Made by a program: the position numbers and the translations under genes | Shown here: positions 18,374-27,501 of the stretch, piece after piece | Layout: each line of letters opens with the position of its first letter | Position numbering within the stretch: position 1 is the stretch's first letter | The notes under the pieces: model-generated | Database searches by the model: none | The model's input: only the letters and a program-made list of their open reading frames with translations | Told to the model about the DNA's origin: nothing | Assembly (NCBI GenBank): GCA_016783745.1 | Contig: JADHVZ010000005.1 | Coordinates: 1,178 to 65,177, forward strand | DNA length: 64,000 nt | From: Candidatus Omnitrophota bacterium | Lineage (GTDB): Bacteria; Omnitrophota; Gorgyraeia; JAHIPI01 | Direction of reading: 5' to 3'

Positions 18374-21259
18374 CTACCACTTCGAAAAAGGCATTTGCCA
18401 GGCCTTCTTTAACTCGTCTATATCCGCATCTATCACTGTGCTGCCGGAACCCCCCTTTACTTTGAAATCCTTGCCATCTGTCACTCTGCCTATAAGAGCG
18501 GTATCCGTGCCCTTCAGCAGAGCCTCAAACTCGCTCCTTTTGTCTGCGTCTACTTCGACTACAAACCGGCTATTTGACTCAGAGAACAATATCACATCGT
18601 CGCGACTGTCACTTCCCTTGAACGGGACAGCCTTAAGGTCGATCTCCATGCCCAATCCGCCGCTGAAGGCCATTTCCGCGGCAGCCACCGCAAGGCCTCC
18701 TTCAGAGCAATCGTGGATAGCCATGACCAGGCCTTTTTCATTCGCTTCGCTTAATCTATTCATCAATGATCTTGCTTTATCTACATCCACCTCGGGTACA
18801 TTATTGCCGATAAGGCCGTTTATCATCATATAGTGAGAACCACCAAGCTCATCTTTTGTAAGGCCTGCGATGTAGACCGGATCTCCGGATCTTTTGGCGT
18901 CCATACTGACGGCGCGGTTTACGTCTTTCATGACCGATATAGCCGATATTAAAAGCGTGGGTGGTATAGATATGGTCTCGCCGCCCACGTTATATTCATT
19001 ATTAAGGCTGTCTTTCCCTGAGATAAAAGGAACACCGAAACCCTTTGCTATGTCATAACACGCCAGCGCCGCGCGCACCAGTGAACCCAGCCTGTCCGGC
19101 TTGTCGGTATTTCCCCAGCAGAAATTATCGAGTATAGCCACTCTTGAGAGGTCTCCTCCGCAAGATATTATCTGCCTCAGGGCCTCATCAATAGCCGAAG
19201 CGGCCATCCAATACGGGTCTATCAATCCGTACTTAGGATTTATTCCGCAGGAAAGAATAATACCTCTGTCGGAATCGAGCACAGGCCTGAAAATGCAGCC
19301 GTCGCCAGGGCCGTCATTAGCGCTTCCCTGCAGGGGCTTTAACACGTTCCCCCCTTGGACTTCGTGGTCGTACTGGCGGATCACCCATTCCTTGCTGCAT
19401 ACATTCCAGCTTGAAAGTATCTTTTTCAAGTGCGGTGTCAAGTCAGACGGACTCTCAAAGTCCATATCTTTGTGTTTCGGTCTTTTCCATACGGCTTTTC
19501 TTTTTACATCAGGGAGGCCGTTATGAAGAAATTCCATGTCAATATCAGCCACTTTCTCACCCTTGTAAAAAAGCCGGAGTTTTTTATCCGTAGTAAATGT
19601 ACCTATGACTGTAGCCTCCACGCTTTCGGTGGCAAATATTTGTTGTATCTCACCGATATTCTCCGGCGGAACGGCAAGAACCATTCTTTCCTGAGCCTCT
19701 GATATCCATATCTCACTATATGAAAGCCCGTGATATTTTAGCGGCACCTTCTCCAGATGCACTTCCACTCCGGTCTCTTCACCCAACTCTCCGACAGCTC
19801 CGGAAAGCCCTCCTGCCCCGCAATCTGTTATCGAGCTGTACAGATTCTTATCCCGCGCCTTTAAAAGAGCATCGGTCACTTTTTTCTCGGTAATAGGATT
19901 GCCTATCTGAACGGCCTGGCCCGAGATCTCTTCCGACTCGGTATGAAGTTCTCCGGAAGAAAACGTCGCCCCGTGTATTCCGTCGCGTCCGGTGCGGCCA
20001 CCCACCAATAAGATAAGGTCGCCCTCATTTACTTTCTTTGTAGCCATATTTTTTGGGATAAGGCCTACATTCCCGCAATATACAAGAGGATTGCCGATGT
20101 ATCTCTCATCGAAAAGGACCGCGCCGTTTGAAGTAGGAATACCCATCCTGTTTCCGTAGTCTCTTACTCCGGCTACTACACCCTTCATCACCCTCTTTGG
20201 ATGCAGGGTACCCTTCGGCAATTTATCAAAAGAATAGTCCGGAGGCCCAAAGCAGAAAATGTCCGTATTCACGATGGGCTTAGCGCCCAACCCTGTCCCC
20301 AGCGAGTCCCTTATTACTCCGCCGATACCTGTTCCGGCCCCTCCGTACGGCTCTATCGCGGACGGGTGGTTATGTGATTCCACCTTGAAGCAAACATCGT
20401 AGTCTTTATCGAATCTTATTATTCCTGAATTGTCTTTGAATACGGAAACACACCAATCCCTCGCCAGCTCATCCGTTACCTTCATCACTGTCTCTTTGAG
20501 GAGATTATCTATGAGCCTGCCTTCGTATTCCACTTTCCCCCTAAAGGTCTTATGCTTACAGTGTTCTGACCACGTCTGCGCGATAGCCTCAAGCTCCACG
20601 TCGACAGGGTCACGGCCCAGCTTTTTAAAATAATTCTGTATGGTAAGCATCTCGGCAAGGTTCAGAAATAATTGCCCATCATCGCTTATTCTTATGAGGC
20701 CTTCTTCGTCCTTATCGAGTATCTTTACAGTGACATGCTTAAATTGATAGGAAGGATTTTCGGTTTGTGATTCTGAGAACGCGCCTTTTACGATATGCTG
20801 TATGGTTTTGTTGCAAAGTAATTTCTCTGATATGGTATTCAGCTTCTCAGGGGTCAGAGCGCCTTTAATTATATATTTCTTAGCGGTGCGGACATTTTCC
20901 ACGCCCTCGAGGCCAAGATCCCTTATGCCCTTCATGGTGCTTTCATCGACCGGATCCATTACCCCTGGATTATAGGCGACCTCTATGACATGCAGATCCC
21001 TTGACTCTCTTCTCTCAGGATTTATATGATAGCCTTGAGTAACTTTATCGATCAGCAGTTCCTGGGATATTAATCGAGCGTCACTTTCGCTTAATCGGCC
21101 GCTGATCCGGTATATCTGATAGAAGTCGACTCCGCGGGCGCCGGTTATACCGAAATCGGTTATGCCCTTTTTTATTTCTTCTCCGGCAGCGTCAAACACA
21201 CCGTCTTTATTAAATACTTCGACTGTCCACATTTTATGATCGGCTTTATTCCCACTCAA
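18374..21259 (-). CDS. purL: FGAM synthase PurL with N-terminal PurS-like extension
   Basis: WSEHCKHK, ESHNHPSAIEPYGGA, DCGAGGL, SEAQERM, QYDHEV. Confidence 0.95.
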   Translation of the reverse strand: MSGNKADHKMWTVEVFNKDGVFDAAGEEIKKGITDFGITGARGVDFYQIYRISGRLSESDARLISQELLIDKVTQGYHINPERRESRDLHVIEVAYNPGVMDPVDESTMKGIRDLGLEGVENVRTAKKYIIKGALTPEKLNTISEKLLCNKTIQHIVKGAFSESQTENPSYQFKHVTVKILDKDEEGLIRISDDGQLFLNLAEMLTIQNYFKKLGRDPVDVELEAIAQTWSEHCKHKTFRGKVEYEGRLIDNLLKETVMKVTDELARDWCVSVFKDNSGIIRFDKDYDVCFKVESHNHPSAIEPYGGAGTGIGGVIRDSLGTGLGAKPIVNTDIFCFGPPDYSFDKLPKGTLHPKRVMKGVVAGVRDYGNRMGIPTSNGAVLFDERYIGNPLVYCGNVGLIPKNMATKKVNEGDLILLVGGRTGRDGIHGATFSSGELHTESEEISGQAVQIGNPITEKKVTDALLKARDKNLYSSITDCGAGGLSGAVGELGEETGVEVHLEKVPLKYHGLSYSEIWISEAQERMVLAVPPENIGEIQQIFATESVEATVIGTFTTDKKLRLFYKGEKVADIDMEFLHNGLPDVKRKAVWKRPKHKDMDFESPSDLTPHLKKILSSWNVCSKEWVIRQYDHEVQGGNVLKPLQGSANDGPGDGCIFRPVLDSDRGIILSCGINPKYGLIDPYWMAASAIDEALRQIISCGGDLSRVAILDNFCWGNTDKPDRLGSLVRAALACYDIAKGFGVPFISGKDSLNNEYNVGGETISIPPTLLISAISVMKDVNRAVSMDAKRSGDPVYIAGLTKDELGGSHYMMINGLIGNNVPEVDVDKARSLMNRLSEANEKGLVMAIHDCSEGGLAVAAAEMAFSGGLGMEIDLKAVPFKGSDSRDDVILFSESNSRFVVEVDADKRSEFEALLKGTDTALIGRVTDGKDFKVKGGSGSTVIDADIDELKKAWQMPFSKW

Positions 21260-22784
21260 TAGTGCTTGGCGGCTTAGTGCTTATATCGTAAACAACTCTA
21301 TTTACGCCCTTTACTTCGTTGATAATATTGCTGGATATCTCCGCAAGGACTTCATGCGAAAGCCTGGCCCAATCCGCGGTCATGCCATCCATGCTGGTCA
21401 CAGCCCTTATCGCGATGACATTTTCGTACGTTCGTTTATCACCCATAACACCTACTGTCTTCACAGGAAGGAGAATGCCGAAGGATTGCCATAATTTATT
21501 ATAAAGCCCGGACATCTTTATCACATCCATCAGCCTGAAATCCGCTTCTTTAAGAATACGGAGCCTTTCTTCCGTGACTTCACCTATAATTCTAACAGCG
21601 AGCCCCGGCCCCGGAAACGGCTGGCGCCATAATGCGCTGTAAGGCATTTTCAACTCTTTGCCGAGTGAGCGGACTTCGTCCTTAAAAAGATATTTCAGGG
21701 GCTCTATCAGCTTCAGACGCATTTTCTTAGGAAGCCCGCCGACATTATGGTGTGTTTTTATTGTAGCGCTCGGGCCGCCGAATGCGGACTGAGATTCGAT
21801 GAGGTCGGGGTAAAGCGTGCCTTGCGCCAAAAATTTTACGCCCCGGATCCTTTTGGATTCCCTCTCAAAAACCTTAATAAACTCATTCCCTATGATCTTC
21901 CTCTTTTTTTCGGGACCCGCTACACCCTTCAATCTCTTCAGGAAGGCCTTTTTCGCGTCCACCACTTTAAGGTTCAGATGAAAATTATCCTTAAAAAGTT
22001 TCTTTACGCGGCCGGCTTCATCTTTCCGCAGAAGCCCGTTATCCACGAATATGCAATACAGCCTTTTGCCGATCGCTTTATCGATGAGGACTGCCGTAAC
22101 AGAAGAATCCACTCCTCCGCTCAGGCCAAGAACCACCTTACCGCCTCCCACCTCTTCTTTTATAGCTTTGACTGATTCGTTTATGAATGAACGCATAGTC
22201 CATGATGATCGACAGCCGCAGACTTCCTTAACAAAGTTTTTTATAATGGTATTTCCTCTTTCCGTATGGACTACTTCCGGGTGAAATTGTACGCCGTAAA
22301 AACCGCGTGATGCGTCCGCCATTGCCGCATTCGCGGTATTTGCGGTATGCGCCGTTGTTTTAAATCCTTCCGGAAGCCGCTTTATATGATCGCCATGGCT
22401 CATCCAGCATCGGATCCTATCAGGCAGTGATTTAAATATGCCGGCCATGGAATCAAGCGTCAAAGCGGCATGTCCGTATTCTCTCTTCTTTGAATGAGTA
22501 ACCTTGCCTCCGAGCGCCTTTGTCATCAATTGCATGCCGTAGCATATGCCCAATACCGGTACGCCTGATGAGAATATTTCTTTGTCTAATCGCGGGGAAT
22601 TCTTCTGGTAAACGCTCGCGGGCCCGCCTGAAAGTATGATCCCATTCGGCTGTGTCGACCTGATAACGGCAAGGCTTCCGCGCGGCGGGATTATCCTGCA
22701 GAATACATTGTTCTCCCTTACCCTGCGGGCTATAAGTTGATTATACTGTGAACCCAGGTCTATTATAATGATACCTTTTTTCAT
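21246..22784 (-). CDS. guaA: GMP synthase (glutamine-hydrolysing)
   Basis: GSQYNQLIARR, GICYGMQ, SGGVDS, PFPGPGL, KPPSTIEWE. Confidence 0.98.
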   Translation of the reverse strand: MKKGIIIIDLGSQYNQLIARRVRENNVFCRIIPPRGSLAVIRSTQPNGIILSGGPASVYQKNSPRLDKEIFSSGVPVLGICYGMQLMTKALGGKVTHSKKREYGHAALTLDSMAGIFKSLPDRIRCWMSHGDHIKRLPEGFKTTAHTANTANAAMADASRGFYGVQFHPEVVHTERGNTIIKNFVKEVCGCRSSWTMRSFINESVKAIKEEVGGGKVVLGLSGGVDSSVTAVLIDKAIGKRLYCIFVDNGLLRKDEAGRVKKLFKDNFHLNLKVVDAKKAFLKRLKGVAGPEKKRKIIGNEFIKVFERESKRIRGVKFLAQGTLYPDLIESQSAFGGPSATIKTHHNVGGLPKKMRLKLIEPLKYLFKDEVRSLGKELKMPYSALWRQPFPGPGLAVRIIGEVTEERLRILKEADFRLMDVIKMSGLYNKLWQSFGILLPVKTVGVMGDKRTYENVIAIRAVTSMDGMTADWARLSHEVLAEISSNIINEVKGVNRVVYDISTKPPSTIEWE

Positions 22785-22804
22785 AATATCCTAATTAAGG
22801 CCTG

Positions 22805-22833
22805 ATTATATCAAAGATATTTTATAATATCAA
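22805..22833 (-). promoter_or_regulatory. Sigma70 promoter of guaA-purL-purQ
   Basis: TTGATA-17 nt-TATAAT with extended -10 TG. Confidence 0.7.
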
Positions 22834-22835
22834 GA

Positions 22836-23774
22836 TTATATTTGGAGTAGTGTGATGAATAGGGGGACGGTAATAATGCTCGAGATATGTGTGGCGAAAA
22901 CGCCCGCTGCCGCAAGCTGGCTGTCACCGCCGAATCTGCTGATAAAAATGGGCGTAGTCGACGCGGACGGCATCGCGGATTGCAGAACTATGATGGCTCG
23001 CGCAAGCGGCGAAAGGAAGCCGCATAAGCCCGTGATCAAGAGTGCCAGGCCCGGAACCAGTATCAGCCTGCATAATACGATAAGTAAAATAGGATTTTTG
23101 TAAGCTTTAAGGTTCCCCACTTTGCCTTTAGACATCATAGAACCGACGACAAGCAGGGCTAGGGGTATTGTGGCAGAACCCATTATTTTTGCCGCGTCTA
23201 ACATAAAAAGGGGCAGTCTTATCGCGGTAAAACCTACGATTATACCGCCTAAAAGTCCGATAGTCCCGCTGTTTATAAGATTCCTCAACGGAGAAGCGCC
23301 TTTTTTATCAGTAGCAGCGCTGCCATTCCTCAGCGTCCACACCCCCAGAGTCCAGTACAGAAGGTTAAATCCTACATTAAAAAAGACTACTCTCATGACG
23401 CCGTCAGTTCCGTAAAGCGCGTTGGCTATCGGAATGGCAAGAAAGCCGCAATTGGTAAAAGTAGCCAGGTAGATAAACGTCGCCTTGCCCGGGCGATCCA
23501 GCCGTGTAAACCGGGAGAGATATTTTGCCAGCAAATATCCCGCGGCCACCATGCCAACGGCGAAAACAGGCAGGACCCATACGCTCCTAAGCAATTCCCG
23601 GGTAAAATTAGTGGCAAGTGAATGGAAATACAAGAAAGGCAGCGCTATGACTAATACAATTTTTGCCAGAGCCCTGGTAGAGTCCCCGTCCAATAACTTC
23701 TTATTCCGGGCAAGCGCTCCTATGGCAAGCACTATGAATAAAACGCTGATTTTAGATAAGACTTCTATAAACAT
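22836..23774 (-). CDS. AEC family transporter
   Basis: About 10 TM segments, FTNCGFLAIP, AMPSA. Confidence 0.88.
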   Translation of the reverse strand: MFIEVLSKISVLFIVLAIGALARNKKLLDGDSTRALAKIVLVIALPFLYFHSLATNFTRELLRSVWVLPVFAVGMVAAGYLLAKYLSRFTRLDRPGKATFIYLATFTNCGFLAIPIANALYGTDGVMRVVFFNVGFNLLYWTLGVWTLRNGSAATDKKGASPLRNLINSGTIGLLGGIIVGFTAIRLPLFMLDAAKIMGSATIPLALLVVGSMMSKGKVGNLKAYKNPILLIVLCRLILVPGLALLITGLCGFLSPLARAIIVLQSAMPSASTTPIFISRFGGDSQLAAAGVFATHISSIITVPLFITLLQI

Positions 23775-23791
23775 CGCCGCATTTGAGGTTT

Positions 23792-23829
23792 AAAAAAGGG
23801 GACAGCTCCCGAACAGGCGCTGTCCTCCT
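23792..23829 (-). terminator. Intrinsic terminator
   Basis: GGACAGC...GCTGTCC stem followed by T6 on the minus strand. Confidence 0.7.
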
Positions 23830-23851
23830 AGTGATAAAAAAATTAAGGATC

Positions 23852-24079
23852 CTACCTACTCATCTCTTCGGCTTTTCTCTTCTCCCTCAGGCTCACTTTG
23901 AAGCTGCCATCTTCCTCGTCAACGACAATATGGCCTTCCCTGGATAGCCACCCAACGCTCATAAGTATAAGATATTCAGGCCTGTCCAGCTTGATAACGA
24001 TATTTTTTAAGCTCATTATGTCATTGGCTTCCAATAGCTGCCATATCTCGCCTGCAACTATCCCGATCCGAGTTATCAT
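23852..24079 (-). CDS. Small winged helix-turn-helix protein (DUF2582-like)
   Basis: IGIVAGEIWQLL...MSVGWLSREG. Confidence 0.8.
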   Translation of the reverse strand: MITRIGIVAGEIWQLLEANDIMSLKNIVIKLDRPEYLILMSVGWLSREGHIVVDEEDGSFKVSLREKRKAEEMSR

Positions 24080-24098
24080 ATTGACCCCCTATGCCTTA

Positions 24099-24127
24099 AA
24101 TATATCATAAAAAAGGAGTATTGTCAA
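24099..24127 (-). promoter_or_regulatory. Sigma70 promoter
   Basis: TTGACA-17 nt-TATATT with extended -10 TG. Confidence 0.6.
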
Positions 24128-24179
24128 GAAAACTATGGCTTAAACCCGCCTTGAAGCCCCGGACGGCAATTATGCGGTT

Positions 24180-27100
24180 TTATGCCAATTCAACATTGAT
24201 TTTGTCGTAGAAACCGTCTCTTATTTTGACTGCATAGGGAGATGGCACCTTCCCCCCATTCAATTTAACGTCAGATCGGCCTTTTTTCCGCAAAATCACA
24301 CTGACCGGCGCTACACCATTTCTTCCGAACGTATTGCGCCGTTTAGGGTTACGATAAATAAGCGGAGTTTTTCCAAGGAGGCAACATGTGTAAGTATTTT
24401 TAGCCAGTATAAGCTTTTTTTTGGCCCAATCCCCGGCATGCAATTCTGTAATGCTCTCTTCCTGCGTAAAAAGCCATCCCGGGATAGTCGGATCCGGTTC
24501 GAAACACAGGCGTCCATCGGCATCAAGCTTAAATGGATCCTTACCAAGGGCCATTAGCAGCCAAATGGTCAAATATTCCGTTGTTGTACCCGTGAGCCTC
24601 GCGACAAAGCCATTACCATGAATGGAGCTGGCGGGGTATGAGCTGCTTGCTATAAACGAGGAATTTTCCAATATACTTCGACCGTAACGGGCCGGATCTT
24701 GAAATGCCACAAGACAGTTTTTAAAATCTACGAAAAATTCATCAAAAAGCCCGCTTTTCAGGACCTCTAATAGGTATTTATACTCCATATGAAGCCAGAC
24801 AGACTCATTTTCCAGCCAGCCGGGAGTAAAGATAGCGGAACGGCCGATCTCAAGAGGCATCCCCTTAAGTGACTCATTCATCTTGTACATCTTCAGTTTA
24901 TGGTCAAACATATCGCTTTTTCGGACGGCGTTGTACAATGATCTCGCTTCATCCTTTTTCATGACTCTCATTGCATGCACCGGCCCTTCCAGGAATAATG
25001 AAAGCGGCTTATGGCTGAATGACAATGCCTTGACCGTAGCTTGACCTTCCTTATTGAGTTTTTTCTTTCCTCCTTCACGGATAAAGCCGAACTGTTTGAC
25101 TTCATTTATGTAATAGGAATAAGTCATCCCGTCCTTTTTGCTGAAACCCTTCTTGAGGCCTTTTTTCAGCTTGAGAAGGAATCTATCCAGGATCCTTTCG
25201 AGATCACCTGCCGAGACCGCCTTTTCCCGTCCGCTAAACCCCGGCCAGACTTCCTTTCTATATTTTTCTTTTCTAGTCTGCGAATATTCCCAGTAAAGGA
25301 AATCGCCTCTTTTCGATCCCGCAGTAAGGTTTTTATTCACCGATTTTTCCAGGTCTGTTAGAAAGCCGTACAATTCGTACGGCAAACTCAGCTTGTGAGT
25401 TTTATTCACTTTTAACTTTTCCATGGAAGACCTTACAAATAAGATCATCCTCTTGATCTCGAATACCTCGCATAGAGACGATCCCAATATTCCGGGCAGG
25501 CCATTGAGGCCGTCACACCATCCGGGCTTTCCCGCCTCCATCTCTATTCCGACGCCAAACGGATCCAGGGAAGCCATTTTATTGGCGATGATACAGATAA
25601 GTTTTGTCAAAAGATCCGTTTTATAGACCTTGCCCTTTCCGAAATCCGTCCTGACTTTGTACTTCTCTCTGTCCCGCGCTTCTATGATATTTTTCTTGGC
25701 CTCGTCTTCGATCACAGCGCCGGATTGCCTTACCTTGCCGTTTATATATACATATTTCTCGTCTCTGGGCATAACCCGAAGGTAGGTATCATAAAATGTG
25801 AAATCCCTCCTGCCTAAAAGTAAAGCCCTTAATTTATCGGGATAACACGCCAGGTAGTTTTCAAGCAAGTCTATATTATAGGTCCAGTGATCCACCCAAT
25901 ATCCTTCTCCGGGCGAGATCACTTCCTCTTTCACGCTTAAAGTGAGTACCCGCGCTAAAAGCCCATCCCTTTTGTTTTTTGGCAGGATACCTTCCTTCTC
26001 CAGAAGAAACATAAGGCTGCCCGGCGTAAAAGAAGTAAGCAAGAGACCTTTGACCTTTTCTCTGCCTGAGGCGTACTTTACATATTTTCTTAAGACCTTA
26101 TTCAATGCCGCGCTGTTTTTCACTGTGAGCTTTATGCCCTGGATACGGTGCGGATTGAACCCGTCAGGCTGTATGGCGTCCACAAATGTACGTATATTCT
26201 CGTCTTTTACATCGGGATTCAAAAGTGCGTCATTGCGTCTATTCTGATTCATATCCCGGTAAGCGCCGTTTCCCTGTGAATAATAGGCCGGCTGCAAAAG
26301 AAACGCGTTATAATCCCTCTCCAGGTCTCCGTGTTTACGCGCGTAGGCGTAATATACAAAAGGTCCTCTGGGTGTATCAAGCGAGATCGGCACACCCCCC
26401 CTTAGCAGATTATCCAGATAGGTTTGGCGTGTATAGAAATCGAACTCCTCACTTGAACTCTTAGTGAATATTCTTCCCTCAAGCCGCTTTATAATCTCTT
26501 CGTTTTCCAATAACTTTTCTTCAAAATAATCGGCATTGCCATTGATCTTTCTTCTTATCGCGGACACGGAGCTCACATCACCGGCATTACCTATTAATGA
26601 CACCAGCTTCTTTTTTCCCTCCGCATTAATGCTGAATTTCACATAGGCCATTGCGGAAGGCGTCTTGCCTTCTGTTCTCTGATCCCGCAGCGCGGAGGAA
26701 AACCCGTCTTCTACAAAAACTCTCGGATATGAGATATCACCGTTAGAGCCAAACACAACGTCAGGGTCTACTAATGGCTTTAGCATGACGGCCCTTTTGC
26801 CATCTACCCGGCAGGCCATGTAAAAGTTGCCGCGTTCAATATATTCAAGCTCCGGGGTGTCCTGAGGATCTACCTTTAGATTATAAAATGGCGCGGCATT
26901 TTCGGCATTAAGGACTCTCATCCAGGCCTCGATCGTACGGCTCATATGCTTCTGATGCCATTCCGTCATGCCGAATGTAGCTATGTGAGGAAGCCCGTCC
27001 ACGACTTCCGCTTCGATTTTCTTATTTGATATGTTTTCTATCACTACTCTTCTGGCCAGTCCGGCGAAGGATTCGCCCGGGACTGTGATATAGGTCACTT

Positions 27101-27485
27101 CTATCTTGATGCCTAAACGCTTGTTTATCTCTTCCAGGCGCAGGCTGGACGGGTTTATTATCATTTTTGTCGATATGCCCTTGCCCCCGGCCCTGAAAGG
27201 TTCATAGAAAATAGACCCTGCCCTGACCTTGAGCTTTAGAAAAGTCCTGAAGCCTTTGAGCGGCGTCATATTATAAGCCTGGTTTGCCGGCATAAACTCA
27301 AGTATGGCGCTGTCCTTATTCTCTATCCCGAAACTGGCCATGCACTGTCCTCTGTTTACGTAAAAGGCCCAGAGCGGTATACCGTGTAAGCCCGCTATAC
27401 CCGGGAAGAAGCTTGAAAACGCCTTGGCCCTGTTGTAATCTTCTATTACAAAATCACCGTTTTTTTCGAGTTTATACTTGACCAT
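24180..27485 (-). CDS. Glycoside phosphorylase, GH161-like (putative beta-1,3-glucan phosphorylase)
   Basis: 1101 aa, no signal peptide; GIPLWAFYVNRGQ, RKHGDLERDYN, QGNGAYRDMNQNRR, KPGWCDGLNGLPG, GWLENESVWLHMEYKY. Confidence 0.7.
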   Translation of the reverse strand: MVKYKLEKNGDFVIEDYNRAKAFSSFFPGIAGLHGIPLWAFYVNRGQCMASFGIENKDSAILEFMPANQAYNMTPLKGFRTFLKLKVRAGSIFYEPFRAGGKGISTKMIINPSSLRLEEINKRLGIKIEVTYITVPGESFAGLARRVVIENISNKKIEAEVVDGLPHIATFGMTEWHQKHMSRTIEAWMRVLNAENAAPFYNLKVDPQDTPELEYIERGNFYMACRVDGKRAVMLKPLVDPDVVFGSNGDISYPRVFVEDGFSSALRDQRTEGKTPSAMAYVKFSINAEGKKKLVSLIGNAGDVSSVSAIRRKINGNADYFEEKLLENEEIIKRLEGRIFTKSSSEEFDFYTRQTYLDNLLRGGVPISLDTPRGPFVYYAYARKHGDLERDYNAFLLQPAYYSQGNGAYRDMNQNRRNDALLNPDVKDENIRTFVDAIQPDGFNPHRIQGIKLTVKNSAALNKVLRKYVKYASGREKVKGLLLTSFTPGSLMFLLEKEGILPKNKRDGLLARVLTLSVKEEVISPGEGYWVDHWTYNIDLLENYLACYPDKLRALLLGRRDFTFYDTYLRVMPRDEKYVYINGKVRQSGAVIEDEAKKNIIEARDREKYKVRTDFGKGKVYKTDLLTKLICIIANKMASLDPFGVGIEMEAGKPGWCDGLNGLPGILGSSLCEVFEIKRMILFVRSSMEKLKVNKTHKLSLPYELYGFLTDLEKSVNKNLTAGSKRGDFLYWEYSQTRKEKYRKEVWPGFSGREKAVSAGDLERILDRFLLKLKKGLKKGFSKKDGMTYSYYINEVKQFGFIREGGKKKLNKEGQATVKALSFSHKPLSLFLEGPVHAMRVMKKDEARSLYNAVRKSDMFDHKLKMYKMNESLKGMPLEIGRSAIFTPGWLENESVWLHMEYKYLLEVLKSGLFDEFFVDFKNCLVAFQDPARYGRSILENSSFIASSSYPASSIHGNGFVARLTGTTTEYLTIWLLMALGKDPFKLDADGRLCFEPDPTIPGWLFTQEESITELHAGDWAKKKLILAKNTYTCCLLGKTPLIYRNPKRRNTFGRNGVAPVSVILRKKGRSDVKLNGGKVPSPYAVKIRDGFYDKINVELA

Positions 27486-27501
27486 GTCAATCCTTTGCGA
27501 T

